This document shows positions 49,786-62,300 of a stretch of DNA of 64,000 nt, piece by piece. The position numbers were made by a program, and so were the translations under genes. The notes beneath the pieces were generated by a model. That model was not told where the DNA came from, ran no database searches, and was given only the letters and a program-made list of their open reading frames with translations. This stretch comes from Ophelia neglecta (taxonomy: Eukaryota), in contig OZ260664.1 of assembly GCA_965285935.1 (NCBI GenBank), forward strand, positions 83,700,001-83,764,000, written 5' to 3'. Each line of letters starts with the position of its first letter. Positions within the stretch are counted from its first letter, which is position 1.

Positions 49786-52747
49786 GTCTAGGCCCAATCT
49801 CACTTCACACGTATCTGTCAGTACTTAAGTCTCCTCATGTCTGGTTTTCACAGACAGGACTCCCTTGATGTGAATTCAAAATGCTACTATATACTTGTTT
49901 ACTGCATGTTGATAGCCCTATATAACAAAAAAACACTGCTTTGCTGTTTATTTTCCATTTATCCTAATGTTGAGTTGACCCCCTCCCTACACCTCATTCC
50001 ACCAAGAAAAAATATAGAGAGTAAATTGTCATCTGAGAGTCAAGTCAAACCAGATAGAACAACCTGATATAGCACGGGGGGGGGGGGGGGGGGGCTGGAA
50101 TATAAAGGGGTGCTCCCCACCGGCCCCATGCTGAGGAAAACGAAAGTCCACTGAGATGTGTTGTTGTCTGCCCAGGAGTCTATTGAATGTCTGTGAAGAT
50201 CAGACAGGGCTGGGTGGGAGTCTCATCCCATGATAAGACTAACTTACCAGGTTCTCTGAGCTCAGGGCCAAAGTAAACACAGCTATCTGACTGGACTCCT
50301 CCACACAGACTTAAATCTCCACTCTATACTCTGGAAATAAAAATTCCCAGTGGGGCTGCCAACTTCAGAAGTTTCACTTAGTCACTTCTAGGAGGTCCAG
50401 GAGCATAATGTGACTGGGAGCCCCTTGACGTGGACCCTCCTTTCCACCTGGCTACTGACCGAACAGGACATCCTATTAAGCTGAGGGTCTGCTTCCTGAG
50501 ACCCAGAGATGGTCTTTGTCTTGGTTCTTAACACTTGATAGATCACTTCTGTGAAAGTGGGCAGGACCACTGAGAATGGTTCTATACCTAACTCAGATTG
50601 TATACCCACACCAGACCCATCCCTGGACAGGCTCTAGAGTCCCACACAACTACAACCAAAGCCAGTTAGATCCATAGGGCAAGTCTGAAGGAAGGAATTA
50701 CTGACCATTAATGCTACACCCTGGTGACAATGTAATACATGTTAACCATACTATACAGATCAGAGCTGGATACCTCTACAGAAGTGTTAGACCCAACAGG
50801 ATGTGCTGAACAAGTGTTCATTAGAGTTGTGGGGACACTGACCTCTGACCTCCCCCTGCCTTCAGGTGCTCATTCACTACCTATAAGAACAGCCTAGGGC
50901 ACAAAGAGCACTTGAAGAGGTCTGCATTCCATCAGACAAACAGTTCACGGCCACTTATACCAAGCCTTAACTTCTCTTAGCAAAGGAAAAATAAGAAAAA
51001 TTCAGACTCCCCAATGCCAAGAATAGCTCTCCAATGTGGCTTTGCAATCGAAATATGTCTAAACACAGCCTACCAATTACTTTTACTTTTGATTCTGCCA
51101 TAACATGTTTACATTCAGGACCTGACTAGACTGATACTCCTCTTGTTTGTAGGGGGACTAGGCAGGCCCTTGTCAGCCTCCCTCAAACAGGCTACTGGGA
51201 GGGGTCAGGGGAGGGGGACATAGGGTCTATGACACATTGCTATACTAGTAAATGCTCGAGTGTGTGTTGATAATACAGGTTACTGGGAGAAGGGGTTGGG
51301 GAGGGGGACACAGAGTCTACTACATAATTATGTTACTCTTATATAAGAGTAACTGCTTAAGTGTCAGTTGATTATATATGACATCCTTCAACAAACAAAT
51401 GTGTGGCTATTATCTAAACATGATCAGTTGTTTATTTGTCTATTTTTAATTGTATGCCATTCATTATGGGATGCATACACAAGTTAAGTACATCCTGATA
51501 GTAGCCTGCTGCCTTGACAAATGACTGTATTACCCTAGAGGTTACAACTTAGAGGTAATAACTAGTGTGAAGTTTTGTCATAGCATGGCTGACTTTATAC
51601 AGATAAGAGTACCAGTCTAACATTGCCCACATCCCATCAGCTTGTTTTCTCAGGTCATATTGCGGGGTACCAGTGTAGGAGTTCCTGTGGCTCATTTAAC
51701 CACTCTACCACATGTTAGAGATCTGTGATTACCACCGTGGCTCCTGCCAGATGACAGAGGTAGACTGATAGAGGTACACCTGATTAGCTGCTCAGGTGAG
51801 TCAATCATCACAGGTAGATACAGGTAGATAGCAGTGAGTACACAGCCAGGTATCCATCAGTACCTCAGTCACTCAGGTGCCAGAGGAACCTAGAGGTGGC
51901 TCCACAGGGTCGCCCGGTCATGTCCTGACCGACCAGCAGGCCTCCCACATGATATCTCCTGCCCCAAGAGTCAGTGGGTTTAGACAGTAACCCCCCCCCC
52001 CCCCCTGCTTACTAGGGGTGTAATACACCATGTCCAGTCATCTGCCTCCCCTTCCAGCACATACCAATGAGTTTAAAGGCACCCCTGACAAAATAAGCAC
52101 TCTCACTGAGGAATTCCACAAAACCTTTTGAAAAACTGAAAAAGCTTACAAAAATAAATCCAAGACCATACTGAAGTTAGTTTGGACAATAACCAACTTT
52201 ACCTAGGTAATGTCAGGGCTGGTGTTCAAATAAACAGCTCATTGTATTATTTTTTTAAGAACTTTATAGGAAATAGCAAAGATGAAAATAGCATGTATAG
52301 GGATTGTTTCTGCTCAGGTGTGTTGACTTTCTTCTCATCAGATTTGACAGGTTGGATGCCTTGCTCAACAGGCGTAGAGTGAGCTTCAACACTGATACCA
52401 TTAAATAATACAAGCTCATTTACTGAATTATAAACTTTGTTTGCACCTCTATATACAACATTAAGATATTACTATGCCTAAATGATTGGTTTTAGGGGCT
52501 TCTACCTCTACTCAGGTACTGAGTATGAGTAGTATTTGTTGGGGATTACTGATCAGCTGAGGAGAGATTACCTGTTGAAATCTTTTCATACTACTGTTAG
52601 TAGTTAAATGCTCTAAAGATGACTAACCTAGAGTATTGTTTTAAGACCATGTTCTTTGTAGTGGTGGTTTCAGTATGTTCATGTATGTGTTGTGTTTTAC
52701 TTGTTTGTTCAAGGTACATGAAACAACAACAAAATGTCCGATCTTAC

Positions 52748-52845
52748 CTTTTTGTAAACACAAATGAAATATAAATTTTCTATTTTCTACCTGCTGCAGT
52801 GACAATAAGTTCATTCAAAACACTCACCTGCAAAAAAAGGAAACA
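52748..52845 (-). other. Candidate recursive splice site (ratchet point) with 80-nt RS-exon
   Basis: Minus strand reads tgtttcctttttttgcag|gtgagt with the junction at 52828/52827. A second donor AAG|gtaaga follows at 52748/52747. Confidence 0.55.
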
Positions 52846-53526
52846 TGTGTGAGTCAAGGATAGGCAGGGGATTGAAACGACATGATTATATACCAATAAC
52901 TTGTAGAATAGTTAACAAGGCTTCAATGAGGTCTGAACAACATCCCACCTATGTGGTTATATCTGAGGGACATGTTTACATATTGTAAGATTCATATTGT
53001 CAGTTAATATTCTGATACCCCGACAATCCACATCCACATCCACATATACAGGTCAACTTCCAGATGCACTCCCCTCTCCCCCCCCCTCCCCCCACACACA
53101 CCCCTGATTCTGTTTTCATACAAATTCAAATTTCTACCAGTTTCTGTTTGACAGCATGCACATCTGTGTTGACATTTTTCACAAAGACCAATTTATAACA
53201 GTAAATGTACCTTTAAATGATGTTTAATTACTTTTTTCTTTGACTGCCCAGATTTGACAGTATATATTGGACTGTCTCAATGACAGTTGGTTTACAGCCA
53301 AGGAGACATAACATACCTCCTACTGTTATCTTTTCAGCTACTGATTGTTTCTGTAAACTAACACGCCCTTTCTCTTGGGAGAATGTCATCGTATACCGAC
53401 AGACACCTGGAGACATTCAACCCAAACCTCCACCTTTACCACGCCACGCTGGGGTCTTCACATTATATGACATTCTATACCCTGATATATACCATATAAT
53501 ATTCAACCTTCATCTCATACCATAAA

Positions 53527-53652
53527 CAGTAAAACCTGTGAATTAAGACCATCCAAGGGACTGGTAAATACTGGTCTCATTATGGAGGTGGTCTGTTTAC
53601 ACAGGTTATTTTACATTGAAAGTGTATACGATGGTCTTCATTTTAGTGGTCT
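53527..53652 (-). mobile_element. Truncated MITE copy (45546 family), inverted relative to the 54581 copy
   Basis: cagtaaaacctgtgaattaagaccatccaagggactgg... is the reverse complement of about 54633-54758. Confidence 0.85.
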
Positions 53653-54580
53653 ATCAGTTTGTGGTAGGAGTGAGTGAGGGGGAGGGACTCTGGTATCAAT
53701 GAAGACTAACTGGCTGATAAACACAATCCAAATCTCCTGGTAACCTTGAAACCCTGACACCGACATACATTACATATGGCTGGTTTTAAACCATCAATTA
53801 AAAAGGCTTCATTTGATTAATTCATTTAATTATCCACAAATTGGATGGCTATTACAACAAAACATTTCCTGAAGTTTGGGTTGATTATAGAGAATCAAAC
53901 TGAAGTATGCAGGCACTCATCTCGTTCACATAATTAAGGACACAATCATTATTATTTTTATACCTGGGAACTTTTTTAATGACATTAGTCAAAAAAGGCA
54001 GTTTTTCATTTATGTAAAATTTCCTGACACATATTTATAGCATCAGCTCTGGTTGCCCTATATGATATCAGGAAATTAGCAGTCAGATAACAGTGACAGA
54101 CTGACTGACTCCACCACTACAAAACTACACATCAATAGTTAAATAAACTTTCAAACGGGTTGTCGTTTAACACACGGGCTTGAGGCACTGGCATGCACGT
54201 CAATTGATTGAATTTTTGTGATTCAAACTGGATTCCATCAAGGCCTGATGACCTGATAGCAGGAACTCCATACAAAATACTTCTTACCAGGGTTTCTATT
54301 ATTCAAACCAATGTCCATGAGAGCAGACATATTGATTACCTCAGGGTATAGAATACATGTATTTTATCACAGAAGCGATAACATGTTTTGTTGCTTGACA
54401 TCTCACACAAACTTTATGATTGATACTAGAAGTTTGAATATAATATCAGGCCAACAGAAGTAGAAGCCTTGGTCAGCGTCCGCACGCCTAGTTTTGACTC
54501 AAATTTCTCTTAACACACAAAGTTTTGGACAGTTGTTCCCGCTCCATGACAGCACTTGAATCATAAGATAATGCAGAATA

Positions 54581-54758
54581 CAGAGAAACCTGCCTTAAAG
54601 ACCACCTCTATATCCAGACCACCTCTCAATTCAGACCATTAATATGAAGACCATAATATACAATTTCAACGTGTAATAACCTGTGTAAACAGACCACCTC
54701 CATAATGAGACCAGTATTTGCCAGTCCCTTGGGTGGTCTTAATTCACAAGTTTTACTG
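54581..54758 (+). mobile_element. Full-length MITE copy (45546 family)
   Basis: TA|cagagaaacctgccttaaagaccacctcta ... cacaagttttactg; colinear with 45546-45723. Confidence 0.88.
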
Positions 54759-55371
54759 GAAGTTGATAATTTGTTAGTTGTACCAAATGGGTTATGTTTG
54801 ATCAATTAATATTTTCTAATTTCCAAACTTTTACATTTATCCTTGTTGTTAAATCCACAAAATAAAGAAGACTCTCCCTTTATGTGAGCACCATGTGTGT
54901 GTGTTAACTTTCCTCCCTCCCGCCTAGCTTCTAGAAACTGCTGGAACGCTAACCAAAGTTCCTCCTATTCATGGCCTCATAATCTCAGGTCCTTTGTAGA
55001 TAAACACTTGACATTCCTGACTAACAAACAATGGTTATAATTATATCCTATTCCATATATCATCTGTATCACCAATTTGTGTTCACTTCCTCAAAGTGTT
55101 TTTGCCCCCTATCAAATAATACCTAGTTTTGAGTGCTAATTGCAGGCATGGACTCGCTGGGATATGACACACTGTGATATTTAACACTGGTATGACATGA
55201 TGATACACCGTTTTCAATAACAGAGAGACACAATTCATGGAAAATGCTAATTTTAAGTAATTTAGCCCAACTTATCAGGCTCCAACATTCCCATGTACAC
55301 CAGAGTGTTCATCTGTGTGGTAAGAGAATCCTGATATAGTCACAGACAAGTACAACCAGCATACAGCCACA

Positions 55372-55452
55372 TGGCGGCTGGCGGCTGGCGGCTGGCGGCT
55401 GGCGGCTGGCGGCTGGCGGCTGGCGGCTGGCGGCTGGCAGCTGGCGGCTGGC
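55372..55452. repeat. 7-bp repeat (ggcggct)n, about 11 copies
   Basis: Direct reading. Confidence 0.95.
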
Positions 55453-56154
55453 AGGACAGATCGCTGGGTTCTAGATTCCTGGTGTAATCTCACCCCTTTA
55501 AGACACTTCTATTTCCTACCCACTGACACCCTGAACCCTATTACAATCATATCAGTCAAAGAGCACATGTAGAAATGTCTGCTTAAAACATCGTGGACTG
55601 CACAAGGAACATTCTACCACAAAATAACGTTGACAACATTAATTAATCATTTCTTGCAGCAATTAATTAGAAAATAATGCCCACAAAAGAAACATGTGCA
55701 AAATTAGACCATGAAAAAATGAAAATTAATGGCTGGAATTTTTCCCTTTAAAAAGTCAGTATAAAGGGATGCAATGACAGCCTATTCTTGATATCTAGTA
55801 CTGAACTATTCTGACTGAACAGCCCTAATATCTTGTCTACAAAGCTTGATGGTAACTCATTTCTCTGTCCTATGTTTACTCCCGAGTCTAAAATCACCTT
55901 GAAGACAGAAAAATCCATGAATATTGAGTACCCACACCTATTTCAGACATTCATGCCCTGACCTGGACCAAAATAGTACAATGTAAATAAATCACTACGA
56001 TAAATATCATTGATATTTTTCATTAAGTTAATGGACAAAAAAGCAAAACAAATAGACTAAAATAACTAGCGAGCATGTTGTTTTCCTTGAAGAGACAGTG
56101 GCTGTGGAGGTTCATGTTAGAGTGCTGTATTATCTGTCCCAGCCAGAACTCCTG

Positions 56155-56411
56155 CCCACCTTAAAATTGCCCACCTTAAAGCCGCCCACCCTAAAGCCGC
56201 CCACCCTAATAAAGCCATCCACCTTAAAGCCGCCCACCTTAAAGCCGCCCAGTTTAAAGCCACCCACCTTAAAGCCGCCCACCTTAAAGCCGCCCACCTT
56301 AAAGCCACCCACCTTAAAGCCACCCACCTTAAAGCCACCCACCTTAAAGCCACCAACCTTAAAGCCACCAACCTTAAAGCCACCCACCTTATAGCCGCCC
56401 AGTTTAAAGCC
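56155..56411. repeat. 15-bp minisatellite (ttaaagccgcccacc), about 17 copies
   Basis: Direct reading; it generates the spurious LKPPT and VGGFK ORFs. Confidence 0.95.
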
Positions 56412-57320
56412 ATAAGAGTTGGAGGCAGACCTAATGCTATATCAATCACAGTAATGTTGTAGACTGATGTCATTGGCTCCTGGAAAACCATCGGAGGCTC
56501 GTGATCACCAGTCCTAGGGCTATTTTGGACCCTAAATGGTAGCTGAATATCCCCCACCGGCCCTGAGGGTGTCAAACTCCATCTTAAATGATAATACCTT
56601 CACATTCTGGCCCTCTCCCAATCTGCTGCCCTACTCCTTGAGGACCTGATATTAATGCCTACAATGGTCATTGATAACTTGTTTATCTCTGCTCCTCCTG
56701 GTAAGTAGGGCCATACTCTCCATCACACAGGGTCTAGCCGCAGACCTCATAAAGCTCCAGCACCGCCCCTTATAGACATACCCTGACATTTATTGAGGAC
56801 TTTGAACCAATTGCTATTGGACAACCACACTGTAATGGGATTCAGTCAGAAATCCTCTAAGAACTCAGTCAGTTATAGATTAGGTGCAAAGGGTCAGATT
56901 GAGAAGAAAAACACCAGCTATCTGTGTACAGGGAGGCTGGTATAACTGCTGCTGGCTCTCTGTACAGACAGTAGCCAAGAGTATACACATTCAGGGCAGG
57001 AGGCTAACTTCTCTTCTGTCAGAACCTTGGGGCATACACCATACCTACTGTTAGGAATTTTATAATCTAAATTTAACAAATTAAAATCTGAGCATCCTGA
57101 CCCAAATCTAACTGCTTGACAACTGAATTTTCATCCCAGAATGCACTTGGCCCTTGATTCAAAACTGGAAGGCTAAAAAATGGAGTGCAAGACAACAGTC
57201 AATTGTGTAAAGATGGATTACTAATGCTGGAAGTTGTCTGGCTTATTGAACACTGTCACCACAGAACAGATTGTTAAAACCAGCCTTACAAAAAACCATG
57301 GTACCCAATGTAAGAAGGTA

Positions 57321-57497
57321 CAGTGGTCCCTGCGATGTAGGGACACCTCTACAGCCAAGCAAAGTGTCCCTACATAGCAGGTGTCCCTTCATCAGAGGGA
57401 CATTAACATAGGAAAGATAGGACATGGGCATTGGAAAGTGTCCTGTGTTCGGAGGGAGTCCCTTCATCAGAGGGTCCCTTCATCGCAGGGACCACTG
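57321..57497 (+). mobile_element. MITE with 17-bp TIR CAGTGGTCCCTGCGATG and TA flanks
   Basis: TA|cagtggtccctgcgatg ... catcgcagggaccactg|TA. Confidence 0.88.
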
Positions 57498-57499
57498 TA

Positions 57500-57758
57500 T
57501 GTCCTGTAGTCGAGGAGTCCCTTCATCGCAGGGACCACTGTATGTCCTGTAGTCGAGGAGTCCCTTCATCGCAGGGACCACTGTATGTCCTGTAGTCGAG
57601 GAGTCCCTTCATCGCAGGGACCACTGTATGTCCTGTAGTCGAGGAGTCCCTTCATCGCAGGGACCACTGTATGTCCTGTAGTCGAGGAGTCCCTTCATCG
57701 CAGGGACCACTGTATGTCCTGTAGTCGGAGGGAGTCCATTCATCACAGAGACCTCTGT
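57500..57758 (+). repeat. 43-bp tandem array made of the MITE right terminus (5 identical units plus 1 diverged)
   Basis: Unit tgtcctgtagtcgaggagtcccttcatcgcagggaccactgta includes the TIR and the TA. Confidence 0.92.
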
Positions 57759-58255
57759 ATCTCTGACCAACCACTGAAAGTACTCATCCATGGCAGAAAT
57801 ATGTGGCAAGATGAGTTCCTGGAAACCTTAAAAACCCAGAAACAGCCATCCTTTCACCATCTAGAAAGTCCATTAGTACAGACCAGCCGGGACTGTTAAC
57901 CTTTGACACCTGGTGACACCTGGTGAGATGGAGGAGCACACAGGTGTAGAGGATGTGGTATTTCATGAGAGCTGCCTCTGGATAAGACTCCCAGCCCACA
58001 CATTGCAGGAATACAGATAGGGGTCTAATACATGTCAGGAAATTCAATGTGACAAGAGCCGAGGGATTCAGACTGGAGTGATAGGTAGACAAGGGAGCCT
58101 CAGCCTAGATAGTCAGGACACGAGAGTCTCTGGGGACAATACACTAATGACTGATGTGACAACAGAGGGACATCACAGTCTTAAAGTAGGCCATGTCTTG
58201 TAGAACCAATCTTAGTGGAGCTGCCCACTTCATCTCTTTCTCTTTGTGCCTCTAG

Positions 58256-58370
58256 ATGTTGTTGTTTGGGGTTTTACGTGGCTTTCAACACTTATCGGTC
58301 ATATGGCCACGGTGCCTACTTGTGACAGCGGGCTCAATGCCCTCTTTAGAGTGCTGCCTCACTGGAGTAC
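58256..58370 (-). mobile_element. SINE-like 3' fragment
   Basis: The minus strand ends ...cacgtaaaaccccaaacaacaac, a short-repeat tail. The body (ggtcatatggc, agtgctgcctcactg) resembles lophotrochozoan SINE cores from recall; not verified. Confidence 0.45.
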
Positions 58371-59254
58371 CTCTAGAGGAGGCTGTGGATCATGATCTGA
58401 CTGGGAGCCCTTGAAGTGGACCACTCTCCTGGTCAGTGAGAGCCACCCACAGAGATGGGGGTCCACTTCACAGGGCTCACAGTTTAATTATAATGTGTGG
58501 GTTCTTTTCCAATGATAGATATCATTAATGAGAGTGTTCTAAATGGGACTGGTGGGGGCTTGTTGTAAAACAACAGATGAGGATAAGGACAGGTATCTCT
58601 GTCTTAAAGTCTTAGCAGACGTATGAGATATCAGCGATTACAGTGGATAAAATAACTGGTCTCAAGCTGAGAAGTAACACCATGCCATGGTCAGATTTTA
58701 AAAGACCAGAAAAAAAACGTGTTAAGCTTAATTCGGTGATACACATTGAGCAAATTCAAATACCTAAAACGAGATGTGTCAATGTAATAATAGGGGGAAG
58801 CACCACCCATAAAGGTTCTACCAGGCTGCTCTGGACTAAATCCCTGCCATATTCCATACAGAAGATTAAAGCTTCCCCCCCTAAGTGTGATTGTGGCTCA
58901 TCTGAGTTGGGCTTCAGTTTATGGCTAGGAATGGACTCATACCAATAGTACGATAACAGACATGGAATCATTGCCGGAACATAAACTTGTCAAACACTGA
59001 CTACCACAAAAAGAGTCTGACAGCAAATATTGGTCTTGTTTGGTCAATACTCTTCTCAAAATAGCTAGTTGAGTTTGTTCATTGCCTCAATAGTCAGTCC
59101 CAGCCGTGTACAAGCTGAGAAGTCAATATTGCTTTGTTCCAGCAGACAGACACCGCACAAGATAGAGAGGGAGAGAATGCATTGCAAGAGATAGAGATAA
59201 AGATAGATATATAGATAGAGAGGGGGAGATGGGGGAGAGAGGGGGGGAAGGGGG

Positions 59255-59389
59255 NNNNNNNNNNNNNNNNNNNNNNNNNNNNNNNNNNNNNNNNNNNNNN
59301 NNNNNNNNNNNNNNNNNNNNNNNNNNNNNNNNNNNNNNNNNNNNNNNNNNNNNNNNNNNNNNNNNNNNNNNNNNNNNNNNNNNNNNNNN
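59255..59389. other. Assembly gap (135 N) next to a GA/G-rich tract
   Basis: Run of n. Confidence 1.
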
Positions 59390-62300
59390 GGGACTTTCAT
59401 GACAATAGTTTCACCTATTTGTCTCCACTTACAAATGCTAATACTAGAAAGGTGTCCTGGGGTCAAACAAGTAATGTCTTATCCTTCTGCAGGGACGACC
59501 ACAGCTGCACAATAAAACCTGCACCCCCCTCCCCCTGCAGGAATAATCAACTAGTCTGTATTGGAGCTTTGTGCACAAATTAAAAGGTCACGGCAATGTG
59601 TTTTATAGAGTTAGGCTTGAGAAATGGCAGTATTTACAGGAACGGAGGCTTTCTTCTCGTGTTCTACGGTGTTGTAGGACCCATAGAGATGGCCTGACTA
59701 CTCCCAACGGGCGGTGAGCTGAGTTAAGGAACAAGATGCTCATCAAACATACTGTAAGCCCAATCATTTGTCCTCCAGGCAAATGTTTCTACTATTCCAC
59801 CATATAATTGTGAGATGTATTTCGTTGCTGAGAAACACTACAGAGGGTTTTCCTATAGACAACTGTGCTACATGGGGAAACGGCGTACAGGAATTTCTTG
59901 GGCGAAATTTCCGAACATTTTTTAGGTCTGGAAAACCTGCTTGTTGATAGTAGGAAGTGGCGGTGTTGTTACAGGGAACTGACTTGTTACACTCCTAATG
60001 CCCCCCACTCCTGATTTATGATTTACTAAAGGACTAATATTTGCCTGCTGTGACAAGGATTTACTCCTAATGTGAATATAAAGAGCAGGCTCAGTATAAG
60101 GACGGAAAGAAGAATGTTTTCTGAAAGATGGATGGTTCAGTCCCTAGCAAACCCTTCCATAATACATTTAAATATTTGTCCAATGATTTTAACATACTGT
60201 ATCATAAGGTTGATACATTTACAAATTAACCAAATCTTATTTTAAAAATCTTAGAAAAAACTAAACATATTGTATGTAACTGAAAAAAGTTTACACCTTT
60301 AAATTGAAATGAGCATTACATTTTCTTTCTTCTAATATTTCACAACTGACTTCATACAGACTGGTTGATAGCAATGCTGTCTTGAATACTTTAAACTCCC
60401 ACTGCTGAAGCCAGCTCAAATCTCAGGTAGGCAGTCCATGTGCACTGAGGCTTGAGTAGAGCTATATACAGCCCTGATCCTCCCATAGACCTGAGACAGC
60501 TCATTAGAACAAGCCAATGGCTTCAATTATCCCACAGAAATCAAATTAAATCAAGCCAGCCTGCAATTTGTGAGCAGGATAAGAAAGACGGAGAAGATTT
60601 GTGACTTGCTTTTTCCAGATTTGATCAGTCAAGCTTCCTTCAACTTTTAAGCCAGCAACCAGGTTTTCCCGGCTGCCAATAAGATGAATGCTAGGAGAGG
60701 TAATTTGCCAGCGCTTGGAATATAATCACACGCTGATAAGGACACTTTTTGTCAACCATTTTACCAGACATATTGGGTTTTATTTGATGTACTGTAGGTA
60801 ATTCAGAACAAATGTGTCTTGTTTCCTCCACAGCAGGCTCCAGTCTGACATCCTGTTACCCTCAGCTTGTGGAGTATACATTTCGCAGACATGATTATCC
60901 TCCCACAATGTCTTTAAATGCCATCTTAACAGAATATACCAGGCCTAGACTTCAGGAATAAAACCCACTTGGGATATTTACAAAAATCACAATGCCTTCA
61001 TAATTAATTTGGGCTTTTTTCTATCCCCCAATTTAGAAGCTGAAAGCCATGCCAACCCAGACAAAACACAAATGGTAGCCGAGTCACGAGATATCGAGAT
61101 ATCAGAGATCATTTACTTCTTTATATAGATTGCAGGACTTTCTCCTTTGAACGTATGCCAGACAATAACTCACCCTGGAAGTACCTTAGCTGATGGACTC
61201 TGCCTTTTATTGGTTTCATAGTAAAGATGTTTGTCCTTTTTTGGGACCACACAGAAAATAACTATTTTTGAGCATGGACCATGTGTGGTCAGCCAGGTAG
61301 CTCCAAGTTCACTTACACAGCCAGGCAGTTTGACCTATTAAACATTCAATCAGAAGACAGGCTCATTGAATCCAAGCCAGCTCCTCACACAGCACATTCA
61401 TACTGGCTGTCACACATCCCTGGTTACCATGGTAACATTCTAGTATGGGTCAGGAATAAACCTTAGTTCCAACAGAAACTGTAACAATTGACAATTGTAT
61501 AAATAATAAGGTTGAGGGCAGACTAAGCCAGGTTCAACATTAATTATCATTGAGCAAATAAAGAAAAAATCTGTTAGTCAGCAGATTGTCTGTGTTCTAC
61601 ACACCAACACATGATTAGGACTGAGCCTAAGTGTGGGGTGTCCACTTCTCGGAGACGGAATGCTTCCGGCTAGGTGTAAAGACACTAATAGTGTCCTGTT
61701 GTAATGACACATGGCTGAGGTCCTTGTCACCAATACAAACCAGCTCAGGATACCTGGCAGTTCACATCAAACCATGTATTATCCAAACTCCACCAATCCA
61801 GAGTCGAGACCACTATCAGTAACAGAGCATTCACTCCAAGACACTGGTGATTCACAAGGCTCCACCACCTACAGAAGACACTGGTGACTCACAAGGCTCC
61901 ACCACCTACAAAGACACTCATATTCTTCTACTTCGCAATCAGATCTCTTTTTTAAAAATAATTTGCCGGATATGGGGGAACAGCTATTTCACATTTATAA
62001 TTACTTATTGCCCTTCTATTAACCTTGTGGTGCCTGTATCATCTGGATTAATATGACATTCTGAAGAGCCTTATTGATTTTACCTGTTAATGATTTGTGT
62101 GCAATCTGTATTAATAAACAGCCACCTTGTATGGTTTATTAAAGATTTACAGATCTAATAGGAGAATTCTTGTCAGCCATTGTCACCTGAAATGTGTAGT
62201 GATCTGTCTCACCCTTATCAATAGCTCCAATCCATGTTTTCTCTGCCCACTTTAACTTTCACTTTGTTTCAATCTCAACTAAGTAGTCCTTAAAATACTT

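Noticed and set aside
50248-50330. AG...GT-bounded 83-nt pseudo-exon
   Set aside because: Stop codons in all three frames and no supporting evidence.
52327-52341. CTGATGA..GAAA on the minus strand as a hammerhead
   Set aside because: Only 3 nt between the boxes; stem II cannot form and there are no flanking helices.
56098-56575. LKPPT, VGGFK and RWVAL repeat ORFs as genes
   Set aside because: By-products of a 15-bp minisatellite that is open in several frames; no splice or homology support.
57500-57758. 43-bp repeat as a CRISPR array
   Set aside because: Units are contiguous and identical with no unique spacers, there are no cas genes, the context is eukaryotic, and the unit derives from the adjacent MITE end.
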